Virus record (IMG/VR): IMGVR_UViG_3300044691_000116
Coordinates: 9,234-73,233 of that record
Origin: a virus
Reading direction: 5' to 3' (one strand)
Length of the DNA: 64,000 bases
Shown: piece by piece, positions 53,926-63,124 of the stretch
Layout of the letters: each line of letters begins with the position of its first letter
Position numbering within the stretch: position 1 is the first letter of the stretch
Made by a program: the position numbers and the translations under genes
The notes under the pieces: model-generated
The model's input: only the letters and a program-made list of their open reading frames with translations
Databases searched by the model: none
What the model was told of the DNA's origin: nothing

Positions 53926-54294
53926 CTACCCCTTCACCGCTTCAGCGGCTTCCTCGCGGAGCGTGTCGATGGCGAACTGCGGCACGTTGTAGCCAATACC
54001 CCTCAGGAATTCGAGCTGGTCGGCGCAAGTGGCAGCGTCGGGCAACGAGAAGGATTCGCCGTCGTACGGCAAGCCGATCTCGGCGCGCAGGGACGCATCG
54101 AGAATGCGCATGACTTCTTGATGGCGCGCGACGTAGGCGTCCACGTTCGCAGCGGTCATTTCCACGCGGGGCGGGAATGGCTCGCACGGCACAACACGAT
54201 TGCCAGCGACGTAGATTTGGAAGTAGCCGTCGCAGTGCTCGAAACAGTAGATGTCCGAGGCAAAGTCGTCGGAGCTGAATCGACAGTAGCTCAT
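53926..54294 (-). CDS. Phage hypothetical protein
   Basis: MSYCRFS...D.Y...L...GYNVP..AI..L.EE pattern. Confidence 0.8.
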   Translation of the reverse strand: MSYCRFSSDDFASDIYCFEHCDGYFQIYVAGNRVVPCEPFPPRVEMTAANVDAYVARHQEVMRILDASLRAEIGLPYDGESFSLPDAATCADQLEFLRGIGYNVPQFAIDTLREEAAEAVKG

Positions 54295-54297
54295 GAC

Positions 54298-54507
54298 TCA
54301 GCACCCTCCCCGCAGCCGACGCCGGATTTCAGCGTCGGCTGCGACGGCTTTACGATGCCGCTCGGGCGCTTGCATCTGGTACTTCAGGTACGCCCACTGG
54401 ATCTCCACGCTCCAGTAAGGGATGCGCTCTTGCAACGCCGCCGCAAGCGTGCCCATGGTCCGACCAATTGGGCCTGCCGTCAGAGAGATCCAAGTAACGA
54501 GGCGCAT
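54298..54507 (-). CDS. Phage hypothetical protein
   Basis: GGAG RBS; tight packing. Confidence 0.55.
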   Translation of the reverse strand: MRLVTWISLTAGPIGRTMGTLAAALQERIPYWSVEIQWAYLKYQMQAPERHRKAVAADAEIRRRLRGGC

Positions 54508-54510
54508 CGC

Positions 54511-55071
54511 TTACTCCTGCGACCAGCGCCCGCAGCGATGGTCGATCGGTGCGACCATCAACAGGCCACGCGGAGTGGTGTTGACCGGCTCCGGGGCCTT
54601 GCGGATCAGCGCGAGAGCTGCAGCGAGTTCGTCGGCGTCGACCTTCTCACCGCGGAAGTAGATGGTGCTGGGCGCAGGGGCCTGCGCGTTCTTGGCGTCC
54701 ATGGCGGCAATGCCAGGCTCATCGTCAGGACGAACATAGTTCCTCTCGGCCAGCCATTCGCCGAAGTAGTCTTCGAACGAGATCGCGACCGTGATGCGGT
54801 CACTGCAACGGGCGGCCCGCTTCTCGGGCGGCGCTGGTTCGACCTTCAGTTGCAGCCAACTTGGGAGTTCGATTTCGGCCGACTCTTCACTCCCCTTGGC
54901 GAAGTCGATGGCTTGGTCATGTTCCGCGGCATCTCGGCCCGTGGATACCGGCGAGCCACCGACGAAAAAGCAGTTGCCCCAAACCGAAATGGACTTGCCG
55001 ACGTCGTCGGGAGTGGGGGTGTAGCTCGGAGGACCCGCCAGTCCAAAGCAGGGGAACGACACGCTTGTCAT
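54511..55071 (-). CDS. Phage hypothetical protein
   Basis: AAGGAG RBS. Confidence 0.6.
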   Translation of the reverse strand: MTSVSFPCFGLAGPPSYTPTPDDVGKSISVWGNCFFVGGSPVSTGRDAAEHDQAIDFAKGSEESAEIELPSWLQLKVEPAPPEKRAARCSDRITVAISFEDYFGEWLAERNYVRPDDEPGIAAMDAKNAQAPAPSTIYFRGEKVDADELAAALALIRKAPEPVNTTPRGLLMVAPIDHRCGRWSQE

Positions 55072-55114
55072 GATCTAGACTCCTTGAGCGGCCCAATCGC
55101 CGCAGGGATGGACG

Positions 55115-55318
55115 ATGGAACCCGAGGACGAGGAGACCTGGGCAAAGGGTGCGGTTCGCCTGTCGCTCAGGCGCGCCTTGGAAACGCTGTCGCGAGACTT
55201 CGCGAAGCAGGCACTCGGGATCGAAGTCCCGAAGCCGAAGAAGATGACGCCGGCGCAGCGCAAGGCTTGGCGGGAGAGGATTGCCAAGCGAGCGGTCGGG
55301 GACGGCCAGGAGGAGTGA
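55115..55318 (+). CDS. Possible small gene convergent with cro (alternative: 55075-55323 on minus)
   Basis: Charged, helical-looking composition; GGA RBS; strand ambiguous. Confidence 0.4.
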   Translation: MEPEDEETWAKGAVRLSLRRALETLSRDFAKQALGIEVPKPKKMTPAQRKAWRERIAKRAVGDGQEE

Positions 55319-55326
55319 GGCATGGG

Positions 55327-55611
55327 CTAGACCACCTTGGTGCTCGCGGGTTCTTCGGGAACTGCGGGCGCGCCGTCGACGCCGATCAATTCGGCCCAGA
55401 TGCGATACCAGTCTTTCGGTCGCGTGTCCCACCGCCTGACTCGGCCATCGGTGGCCAGCTCAATCGCCATCGCGTACTCAGGCGACGGTTGCCGATCGTG
55501 ATACCCGTGCCGCCACTGGCGAATTTGGATGTCGCTCTTCACGCCGACCCTCTCGCGGAGCTGCGCAACAGTGAGCGCATCGGGCTCATCAAGGTATTGG
55601 TCAAGGTTCAT
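55327..55611 (-). CDS. cro: Cro-like (YdaS-type) HTH regulator
   Basis: I.QW......R.PSP..A..IE.AT.G.V.RWD.RP.DW..IW.EL; divergent from the repressor. Confidence 0.85.
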   Translation of the reverse strand: MNLDQYLDEPDALTVAQLRERVGVKSDIQIRQWRHGYHDRQPSPEYAMAIELATDGRVRRWDTRPKDWYRIWAELIGVDGAPAVPEEPASTKVV

Positions 55612-55619
55612 GGTGCTTC

Positions 55620-55679
55620 ATGGTAGCACCTGCTACAGCGTTTGCAAGTAGCATTTGCTACGGAAGCATTCGCTACCCT
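55620..55679. promoter_or_regulatory. OR: three operators GTAGCA-NN-TGCTAC, with pR
   Basis: GTAGCACCTGCTAC 55623-55636, GTAGCATTTGCTAC 55648-55661, GAAGCATTCGCTAC 55663-55676; minus-strand TTGCAA-N16-TACCAT. Confidence 0.85.
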
Positions 55680-55682
55680 TTC

Positions 55683-56270
55683 ATGATGGAAACCGATGAC
55701 ATACAACTACACCGCCGGGAACGATTGGCCGCCGCCAGAGACAAGGCCGGGGGCAACGCCGCCCTCGGTCGGCTACTGGGCTATTTAGACGGGTCCTATG
55801 TGGGTCAAATGCTGCGAGGCGAGCGCCCGATCAAAGAGGACACCGTCGCCAAACTGGAGAGCAAGCCTGGGTTCAACTCTTGGTTTGATTCACCGGTACC
55901 AGCGACTCCCGCGATGCTCTTCCGCGACCTCAGCGCCTTCGAGGCCCAACTCGTTACGCTTTTTCGCAAGTTGCCGCCTGACGAGCAGCGCGAACACTTG
56001 ACGTTGCTGGGTAAAACTGTCGACAAGGCGGGCGCGCCAGCATCGGTGCTCAATCCTTGGGCAAGTGGGCGCCGCACGGAAAACAGGCCAATCACCAATG
56101 AGCGGCGACGCCCACCGGCGACGCCATTCGATGGCGGACCAACCCCACCGCCAGGCCGCCCCACCCGTCCAAAGCAAGACATGGGCTTGATGCTCGGCTC
56201 CGTTGGTAAGCGGAAAGCCAGGTCACCGCACGGAAAATTGACAACGCAACCGAAGCGAGGGAAACAATGA
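55683..56270 (+). CDS. CI-like repressor (N-terminal HTH, no peptidase S24 domain)
   Basis: RRERL...GG.AALGR.LG...GSYV.QML.G.RPI.E; divergent from cro across the operators. Confidence 0.8.
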   Translation: MMETDDIQLHRRERLAAARDKAGGNAALGRLLGYLDGSYVGQMLRGERPIKEDTVAKLESKPGFNSWFDSPVPATPAMLFRDLSAFEAQLVTLFRKLPPDEQREHLTLLGKTVDKAGAPASVLNPWASGRRTENRPITNERRRPPATPFDGGPTPPPGRPTRPKQDMGLMLGSVGKRKARSPHGKLTTQPKRGKQ

Positions 56271-56530
56271 CGGTAATTCGGATAACTGAGTATCGCGATC
56301 GCGATACCATCAACGTCCTTGAGGACCTGCTCGAACGTGCCAAACGCGGCGAGATCCGAGGAATGTGTTTCGCCATCAAGACGGATGTCGCGCACCATGG
56401 CATCGGCTTGACTGGCGAATACATCGAAGACCCGACCGACGTTTTGGCCGTCGTCAGCCGCATCGAATTCGAAGTGAATATGCTCATACGCGAGCACAAT
56501 GCTTCCCCCGATGGGGGGCAAGATTCATGA
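56267..56530 (+). CDS. Small protein, paralogue A
   Basis: ATGA-coupled to cI; DT...LL..A..GE..G..F...GE...P. Confidence 0.75.
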   Translation: MTVIRITEYRDRDTINVLEDLLERAKRGEIRGMCFAIKTDVAHHGIGLTGEYIEDPTDVLAVVSRIEFEVNMLIREHNASPDGGQDS

Positions 56531-56772
56531 AGCGCCCAATCTCTCTCGAACCTGACAAAGTCTCTACCGATACCGTGGAGGCGGCGCGAACACTGCTTGA
56601 CCTAGCATCGAGCGGCGAGGTGATCGGAATCGCCTTTGTGGCGCAATTCAAGCGGCGCACATACATCGTAAACACAGCCGGCGAGTGCCATCGAAATCCG
56701 ACTTGGACGCGCGGTATGCTGGCTGCGCTAGACGACCAACTCAGTCGCCGCGTCCATACAGGGCACGAGTGA
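56527..56772 (+). CDS. Small protein, paralogue B
   Basis: ATGA-coupled; same motif as paralogue A. Confidence 0.75.
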   Translation: MKRPISLEPDKVSTDTVEAARTLLDLASSGEVIGIAFVAQFKRRTYIVNTAGECHRNPTWTRGMLAALDDQLSRRVHTGHE

Positions 56773-56786
56773 TCACTCAAAGAGCC

Positions 56787-57470
56787 ATGCGGAGCATCTT
56801 GGTCGTCTGCGGCGCAGTATGGGTGTGCTCGATGGCGTATGCCGGCTGCACCAACGTCGAGGAGGGTGCGAGCGTCACAATACAAGGTATCGTTGTGGAG
56901 GTGCCTGCCGGCGCTTCGCGCGCTGGTGGCCCGCAATACCAATTTATATTGGTAGCTCCACCACTTTGCGTCGGCACAGCTCGCGGCGTGAGCGCCATTC
57001 AACTGGTTGGATTCGACGCCAGGGGTGGCAGCAATACATCAGTAGATGGCGAAATCTGGACGCACGGAGAGAACTTCGGGGACGAGCCGGCCGCGGTCAT
57101 CATGCCGCCTGGGTACCGACACCCGAAAGGAGCCGAGGCGACAAGCGTCCCCCTCGGGTCATGGATGCTTGGGATTTTCCTTCTACTCGGGGGCATCGCA
57201 ATCTACTTCTTTCCCGCGACAACGGCGGCGGGTCGGCGCCACCGAAACGCCGGAGCGATCTTCGCGCTGAACTTGTTACTCGGATGGACGCTTATTGGCT
57301 GGGTTGTCTCGCTCGTCTGGGTGTACACAAAGGACACAAGCCCTTCCGCGGCAACCAGCCTCAACGCCAGCACCAAACTTTGCCCCTTCTGCGCGGAGCC
57401 CATCCAGCCAGCGGCGATTAGGTGCAAGCATTGTGGCAGCGACCTAAGCGCTTCCGAGGTGCCGCCGTAG
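56787..57470 (+). CDS. Superinfection immunity (T4 Imm-like) membrane protein with exported N-domain and C-terminal zinc ribbon
   Basis: YFFP...A..R.H.N..AIFALNLLLGWTLIGWVVSLVW; CPFCAE.I...A..CKHCG. Confidence 0.85.
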   Translation: MRSILVVCGAVWVCSMAYAGCTNVEEGASVTIQGIVVEVPAGASRAGGPQYQFILVAPPLCVGTARGVSAIQLVGFDARGGSNTSVDGEIWTHGENFGDEPAAVIMPPGYRHPKGAEATSVPLGSWMLGIFLLLGGIAIYFFPATTAAGRRHRNAGAIFALNLLLGWTLIGWVVSLVWVYTKDTSPSAATSLNASTKLCPFCAEPIQPAAIRCKHCGSDLSASEVPP

Positions 57471-57498
57471 CACCCGATTCGGCCCGCAACCGAACACG

Positions 57499-57523
57499 AA
57501 GCCCGCGCTAGCGGGCTTTTTTT
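57499..57523 (+). terminator. Terminator of the immunity operon
   Basis: AAGCCCGC-GCTA-GCGGGCTTTTTTT. Confidence 0.9.
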
Positions 57524-57565
57524 GCGCCCGCCTCCTCATGCTAAGGGTAAATACCATAATCGTCA

Positions 57566-57607
57566 GTAGCAGATGCTATTGCATTTGCAAGTAGCACACG
57601 CTACAGT
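57566..57607 (+). promoter_or_regulatory. OL/pL: two operators overlapping a sigma70 promoter
   Basis: GTAGCAGATGCTAT 57566-57579, GTAGCACACGCTAC 57591-57604; TTGCAT-N17-TACAGT. Confidence 0.85.
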
Positions 57608-57655
57608 CCATCATCGCTTCTGAAACGGCATCTCGCCGGAAGCGCTGGGGAGACG

Positions 57656-57916
57656 GTGATGTCAGCGAACCGGCACGCGAACGACGCGAACAGCGAAGCC
57701 CTACGGTTGCATTTCACCATCCAGGCGCTTTGCGAGCGCAACGCCCTGGGCAACAACATCACGAGCGAGGAGATCGGCGCGCTTCTGCGTAGTTCGGTCT
57801 GTGTCCAGTACCACACGGCACGCACGCTGTATGCGGTGGGTCAGTTCAACGGCATCGACCGCCGCGATGTGGCGAAGATGATTCCGGCGATGGCGCAAGA
57901 GGTGGTCCATGGCTGA
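57656..57916 (+). CDS. First early gene, hypothetical
   Basis: GGGAG RBS after pL. Confidence 0.6.
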   Translation: MMSANRHANDANSEALRLHFTIQALCERNALGNNITSEEIGALLRSSVCVQYHTARTLYAVGQFNGIDRRDVAKMIPAMAQEVVHG

Positions 57917-58292
57917 CGCGAAAACGCCGATCGCCGGCGCGGAACTTTCTCTCCGCATCGGCCAAAGGGTCCGTCATGGCGACTACAAAGGTCGTCGCGT
58001 GACAGGCATCGTGCGCGGTCTCTCCGACAGCGACGGCCAAGGCCTTATGGCGTCCGTCGCACTGGATGAGCCGATTGTCATCCCTCCGCGCGGTGACGAC
58101 CAGCGAGAGATCCACATCCGATGGCAGAACATCCCCGCTCACGAGCTCGCTGCGTTTGATGACCGCGATGAGTTGATCGCCGAACTGCTCGTGGCGCTAC
58201 AGCACGCAGTCCGCTGGTTCGACCAGCTCAAGCCCGAGGACATCGCGCGCTATCGCGTCGCCATCGCCAGGGCCACCGGGAGTGCGGCATGA
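57909..58292 (+). CDS. Phage hypothetical protein
   Basis: GAGG RBS; ELL.AL...AIARATG tail typical of phage early proteins. Confidence 0.75.
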   Translation: MADAKTPIAGAELSLRIGQRVRHGDYKGRRVTGIVRGLSDSDGQGLMASVALDEPIVIPPRGDDQREIHIRWQNIPAHELAAFDDRDELIAELLVALQHAVRWFDQLKPEDIARYRVAIARATGSAA

Positions 58293-58633
58293 ACGCCGCC
58301 CTCCTCTCCGACATCACGCACATTGCATCTCGTCTCCAAAGCGCCGGCATGCAACACGAGGCCGCATCACGCGCCATGCTGGACGGCGCGCGCAAAGGCT
58401 TCCTGTGCAACGCGCCGCAGGTTGAAGAACACGCTGCTGCCGCGAAGTCCATCGCTGACCTCGCCGAGCGCTTGAGCTTCAAGGTCGGGCAGCTGAAGTC
58501 CGGACTGGGCGACCACGTCGTGCGCAAGTCGCTGCTGATGCCGAACATCACGCTGGGTGCGAGAGCGCATGAATCCGTGACGTTGCTCGCAACGGGGATG
58601 CTGGCTGATAGCGAAGGTGGGTGCACGGAATGA
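58289..58633 (+). CDS. Phage hypothetical protein
   Basis: ATGA coupling. Confidence 0.65.
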   Translation: MNAALLSDITHIASRLQSAGMQHEAASRAMLDGARKGFLCNAPQVEEHAAAAKSIADLAERLSFKVGQLKSGLGDHVVRKSLLMPNITLGARAHESVTLLATGMLADSEGGCTE

Positions 58634-58902
58634 CTAAGCCTATCAATGACGGCGGCCCGGCGTTTCCGGTCGCGAACATGGGCTCAGCGGAACCGAACAC
58701 GGTCTCGGAGTCAAGGGCCTGGGCGCGGGGTGGGTTGACCGTCCGCGACTACTTCGCTGCAAAGGTGATGGCTGCACTTGTCGGCTCCGCATCAGGGCTT
58801 GACTTCGGCACGGGAACGCCATCCGCGAGGGAGCACAACGACAAATTCGCCTACGTTGCGTACAGCATCGCCGACGCGATGATCAAGGAGCGGCAAGCAT
58901 GA
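58630..58902 (+). CDS. Phage hypothetical protein
   Basis: DGGPAFP...GLT.RDYFAAK...AY.IADAM motif. Confidence 0.85.
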   Translation: MTKPINDGGPAFPVANMGSAEPNTVSESRAWARGGLTVRDYFAAKVMAALVGSASGLDFGTGTPSAREHNDKFAYVAYSIADAMIKERQA

Positions 58903-59492
58903 CGCGCGCCACGATGCCCGGATCGCACAGCGATGAGACATGGTTGCTGGTCAATGAATTTCCAGGCTATGAAGTGAGCGACCAGGGCGGTGTGCGCTCT
59001 CTGCCACGAGTGACGGTTAGCTGTCATGGCGTCAATATGCTTATCAAGGGCTGCGTTCTGACGCCATCCCCCAGGCCGGACGGGTACCTGAATGTCAGCC
59101 TATGGAGGGATGGGAGGCGGCAAACGCGGCTCGTGCATCAACTCATTGCGCGCGCATTCGTACCGAACCCACTCGCCAAAGAGCAGGTCAACCACAAGAG
59201 CGGCGTAAAGGGCGACAACCGGGTTGCGAATCTCGAGTGGGCAACGCGATCCGAGAACATGCGGCACGCGTTCGATGTGCTGAAGCACAAACCGACTTGG
59301 CTCGGGCGTGGCGGAAAAGGTCACCCGACCAGCAAGCCAGTCATTCGAGTCGATCTCGAATCCGGCGACGAAAAGCGCTACGAGAAACTTGGCGATGTAG
59401 CCGTAGACGGTCATGGCGTCGATATGGTTCGCTGGATCTGTACCGGCAAGCGCGAGTCATACCGAGGTTTCTCCTGGCGGTATGCATCATGA
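58899..59492 (+). CDS. NUMOD4-HNH homing endonuclease
   Basis: E.W......YEVS..G.VRS; VH.LIA.AF.PNP...VNH..G.K.DNR..NLEW.T.SEN..H. Confidence 0.9.
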   Translation: MTRATMPGSHSDETWLLVNEFPGYEVSDQGGVRSLPRVTVSCHGVNMLIKGCVLTPSPRPDGYLNVSLWRDGRRQTRLVHQLIARAFVPNPLAKEQVNHKSGVKGDNRVANLEWATRSENMRHAFDVLKHKPTWLGRGGKGHPTSKPVIRVDLESGDEKRYEKLGDVAVDGHGVDMVRWICTGKRESYRGFSWRYAS

Positions 59493-59671
59493 GAAAAGCC
59501 ATCTACCCCTACATCGCCGACGAAGCCGCCAAAGCCCACGCCGAGACGGTTGCCGCCTACGACGCCATTGCCCGCGAGTACGACATCAGCGCCCTCGTCT
59601 GCACCCTGGTCGTGATGATCTTCTCTGGCCTCTCGTGCGTCATCCAAATGCTGGCCAGGAGCGAAGCATGA
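59489..59671 (+). CDS. Small membrane hypothetical protein
   Basis: ATGA coupling on both sides. Confidence 0.55.
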   Translation: MRKAIYPYIADEAAKAHAETVAAYDAIAREYDISALVCTLVVMIFSGLSCVIQMLARSEA

Positions 59672-59946
59672 ACCACGTTCGCGTCGACACCCACCGCGCC
59701 TATGTGCCGCACTTTTGCTGCGACCAGACCTGCCAGCAAAGCAAGCTTTGCCCTCTCCGTGAAACGGAAGCTGGATGCGATGTCGCGCCCGATGCTTCGC
59801 GCAGTTTCTCGGGGTCACTCAAGGCGGCGCGGGGTCTCGGTGCGCGATGGGCAACCCTGGCTCTGGGCTTGGCGGCAACTCTCGGCGTCGCGGCCCTCCT
59901 CGGATGGATCGCATGGTGCATACAAGCCGCATGGGGGTTCGCATGA
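59668..59946 (+). CDS. Small Cys-motif membrane protein
   Basis: CC...C.Q...CP.R plus C-terminal TM. Confidence 0.65.
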   Translation: MNHVRVDTHRAYVPHFCCDQTCQQSKLCPLRETEAGCDVAPDASRSFSGSLKAARGLGARWATLALGLAATLGVAALLGWIAWCIQAAWGFA

Positions 59947-60083
59947 ACGAATACCGAACCAAGAGCGGCGCCTGGACGGGCTTCGCTCCGCGCACCACCG
60001 AAGAGCGCTGGCCCACTCCGCCGAGGACGGTCTCCCACTCAGGTTGGCTCTCTCGCCTGTTTGTGCGTCTTTTTGGCCGCTGA
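59943..60083 (+). CDS. Small hypothetical protein
   Basis: ATGA coupling; FAPRT.EE motif. Confidence 0.5.
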   Translation: MNEYRTKSGAWTGFAPRTTEERWPTPPRTVSHSGWLSRLFVRLFGR

Positions 60084-60103
60084 TCTTCAACTTTTACGGG
60101 GGT

Positions 60104-60931
60104 ATGAACATGAACGCGATCGTCGAACTCCCGACGATGCAGATCATGTCGGTCACAGCGATGACCGATCGGATCAACGCCATCCAAGAGGTCACTCGCA
60201 AGAAGATGATCGTCGACGTGCACTATGGGGTCATCCCCGGCACGCACAAGCCGACGCTCTACAAGGCCGGCAGCGAGATGCTGCTTACGATGTTCAACAT
60301 CGGGCCGACGATTCGCGTCGAGGACCTGACTACGCCGGCCGGCATCAAGTACCGCGTCATCGTCACCGGTGTGCACACACCCAGCGGCAACCCGATCGGG
60401 GAGGGCGTGGGCGAGTGCTCCAGCAACGAAGAGAAGTATCGCTGGCGCAATGCCGTCTGCGAAGCCGAGTTCGACGCAACGCCCGAAGAGATGCGCCGCA
60501 TCAAGTGGAGCCGCGGGCGCAACGGGTCGTCGTACACCAGTTCGCAAATCCGGACGAACCCCGACGACCTCGGCAACACCGTCCTGAAGATGGCGAAGAA
60601 GCGCGCCCAGATCGACATGACGCTGACGGCCCTTGGCGTGTCCGACTTGTTCTCGCAGGACGTGGAAGACCTGCCTCCTGAGCTGCGCCAGACGGCTGGA
60701 GACGGCGCCCATGGCGCGCCGGACGGCGGCCCTGCCGCTCAAGTCAGCGAAGGCAAGCCTGACCCGCTCGCGCAAATCCGCGGCGACGGTCATGCGGCAT
60801 CGAAGACCGGCATGGCGGCCCTCACCGCCTGGTGGGCGAAGCTGTCAGCCCGTGAGCAGAAGGAATTGAGCGGGGTTTTCTCCGGCATGCGCAAGACGGC
60901 CCGCGCTGTCGATGAACGGGCCGCGAAATGA
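60104..60931 (+). CDS. Putative ssDNA-annealing/recombination protein
   Basis: HYG.IPGT.KPTL.K.G.E, G.G.CSS.E.KY, NT.LKMA.KRA..D, FSQD.ED; next to an exonuclease gene. Confidence 0.7.
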   Translation: MNMNAIVELPTMQIMSVTAMTDRINAIQEVTRKKMIVDVHYGVIPGTHKPTLYKAGSEMLLTMFNIGPTIRVEDLTTPAGIKYRVIVTGVHTPSGNPIGEGVGECSSNEEKYRWRNAVCEAEFDATPEEMRRIKWSRGRNGSSYTSSQIRTNPDDLGNTVLKMAKKRAQIDMTLTALGVSDLFSQDVEDLPPELRQTAGDGAHGAPDGGPAAQVSEGKPDPLAQIRGDGHAASKTGMAALTAWWAKLSAREQKELSGVFSGMRKTARAVDERAAK

Positions 60932-61788
60932 GCGACATGATCATCCGTTGCTCGTCCATTGGCCACCTCATGGCGAAGCCCGAGAACGCCGATCTCGACC
61001 CGCTGCACGTCACGCCCGAAGTGATGGCGATCATCGCCAAGACCAAGCGCAGCGACGAAGAGAAGTCCGTCCTCGACGAGGTGCGGCGCAAGAGCCTGTC
61101 GGCCGGCGGCAAGACTCATGTCCGCAAACTGGTTCGCGAGGCCATCTACGGCTACGAGCCGGGCGAGATCGAGACACACCCGATCCTCAAAGGCCGCGCC
61201 GTCGAAGACGGCTGCATCGCTATGCTGGCGCGCCTCACCGGCCGTCCGCTGGTGAAGAACGCCGAGCGCCGCAACAACGGAACAATCTCCGGCGAGTGCG
61301 ACATCTGGGACGAGCCGATGCGCCACGGTCGCGACATCAAGGCGCCGTACTCCATGGAGTCGATGCCGATCGTCCTGGCCGACTGCCATGACTCCGGCTA
61401 CGAATGGCAGATGCGCGGCTACATGATCCTGTGGGATGCCCAGACCTGGAGCGTGGACTACACGCTGGTCAGCACGCCGGAGGAGTTGGTCGGCTACGAG
61501 CCGCCGCAACTGCACTTCGTGGACCACATCCCGGAGCGTCATCGGTGGACGACATGGCTGGTGGATCGCGACCGGGCGCTTGAGTCGCTGATTGCCGACA
61601 AAGTTGCCGCCGCGCGCCGCTACTACCGGCAGGTCGTGAACGAGTTTGACCGCACGCACAGCGCATCGCAGCCCGACGAGGCGCCCCCGTGGGAAGACCT
61701 TCCCAGCCAGCCTATGCCGCTGGCGCCCCGCCCGTCCGCGCCCCGCGCTGCGCCGACCGCCGTCGCCCTACCCGATTTCTCGTTCTAA
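60928..61788 (+). CDS. YqaJ/lambda-exonuclease-like nuclease
   Basis: RCSS, KG...E, SGECD...DIK, YEWQ..GYM.L. Confidence 0.85.
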   Translation: MSDMIIRCSSIGHLMAKPENADLDPLHVTPEVMAIIAKTKRSDEEKSVLDEVRRKSLSAGGKTHVRKLVREAIYGYEPGEIETHPILKGRAVEDGCIAMLARLTGRPLVKNAERRNNGTISGECDIWDEPMRHGRDIKAPYSMESMPIVLADCHDSGYEWQMRGYMILWDAQTWSVDYTLVSTPEELVGYEPPQLHFVDHIPERHRWTTWLVDRDRALESLIADKVAAARRYYRQVVNEFDRTHSASQPDEAPPWEDLPSQPMPLAPRPSAPRAAPTAVALPDFSF

Positions 61789-61797
61789 GGAGAACCC

Positions 61798-63102
61798 ATG
61801 TCCGCCATCCTCGACTTCCCTGCAATCGATGAGAGCGCGCTCGCGCCGATCACCCCCGCCACTGCTGTCGCCACGAAGCCGGCTGTCGACATTGCCTTGC
61901 AGGATGTCGACTTGCAGAAGATTGCCCTCGCCCACTTCGATGCACCGCGCGCTGCCCTGGTGGCGGCCACCGAGAAGCTGACCGACGTCGTCCACGACTT
62001 GTCCACTGCTGGCAAGTTGGCGGATGCCAAGTCGCTACGTAACCGCCTGATCAACATTCCGCTCGCCGAAGCGCGCAAGGTATCGGCGACGCTCAAGTCC
62101 AAGTTGACTGCGGTCAGCAAGGCTGTGGGTGCGGAACTCACCAGCCTCGAAAGCGGATTCGAGGCGGCGGAAAATCTGATCACGCCGCAGATCGAGGCGC
62201 GGGACGCCGAAGTCGCTGCGGAGAAGGCTGAGCGCGAGGCCAAGGAAGCCGCGCGCGTGAGCGTCCACCGCGCCAACATTGCCACGATCGCCGGCTACGT
62301 TGCGCAGCTGCAGGGCAAGACCTCTGAGCAGATCCTCGCGGCGATCAACGCCATCGATGCCATCGTGATCGACCCGGCCGCGTGGGAAGAATTCGCCGTC
62401 GGCGCTGAGGTGCAGAAGGCGGAAACACTGGAGGCGCTGCAAGCGCTGTTCGATCGCACCAAGACCGCTGAGGACGAAGCTGCCGCCCGCGAGGCGCAGC
62501 GCATCGAGAACGAGCGCGTCGCCGCCGAACTGGCCGAGCAAAAGCGCGTCATGGCCGAGAAGCAGGCTGAGCTGGATCGCAAGCTGGCGGCCATTGAGGC
62601 AGCGGAAAAGGCGAAGGTCGAGGCGGAACGTGCACAAGCCGAAGCTCTCGCGCGTCAGGCCGCCGAGGACGAGGCAAACGTCATCGCCGCACAGCATGCC
62701 GCCGAGGCCGCCGCCCAGCGTGCCGCTGAAGAGTCCGATGCGGCTGCTCAGCAAGTTCAGCGCGAGTTGGAGGTCAAGGTGCTGGGCGCGTCCACGCATG
62801 CGGCGATCGATGCCATGTTCCCTGGCGCGCTAGCGGCAGACCCCGCAGTCGCCGCCGAAGTACCCATGATTCCGCCGCCCGCCGACATGGACGCCGTGTC
62901 CATCGCGGCCTGGGCGCTGCCCGCCGGCCCGGTCACGTTCGCTGAGTCGGAGCCGGAGTCCGTCAATGACCTGTCGGCTCTGCTTGCCCACATCGACCAG
63001 GCCTTCGAAGGCCGGTTCTCGGCGCACCCGAAGCCGACGCGCGAATGGTGGGGCGCGCTCCGCCGCCTGTCCGATGCAGCGCGCGCGCCCGTCGCGGCCT
63101 GA
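61798..63102 (+). CDS. Coiled-coil protein of the recombination module
   Basis: AAGGAG RBS; long Ala/Glu-rich helices. Confidence 0.75.
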   Translation: MSAILDFPAIDESALAPITPATAVATKPAVDIALQDVDLQKIALAHFDAPRAALVAATEKLTDVVHDLSTAGKLADAKSLRNRLINIPLAEARKVSATLKSKLTAVSKAVGAELTSLESGFEAAENLITPQIEARDAEVAAEKAEREAKEAARVSVHRANIATIAGYVAQLQGKTSEQILAAINAIDAIVIDPAAWEEFAVGAEVQKAETLEALQALFDRTKTAEDEAAAREAQRIENERVAAELAEQKRVMAEKQAELDRKLAAIEAAEKAKVEAERAQAEALARQAAEDEANVIAAQHAAEAAAQRAAEESDAAAQQVQRELEVKVLGASTHAAIDAMFPGALAADPAVAAEVPMIPPPADMDAVSIAAWALPAGPVTFAESEPESVNDLSALLAHIDQAFEGRFSAHPKPTREWWGALRRLSDAARAPVAA

Positions 63103-63124
63103 CTCCCACCTCACCGAGACCACC

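Noticed and set aside
53671-55626. 651 aa plus-strand ORF
   Set aside because: Antisense shadow of cro and several minus-strand genes in GC-rich DNA; no recognisable motifs
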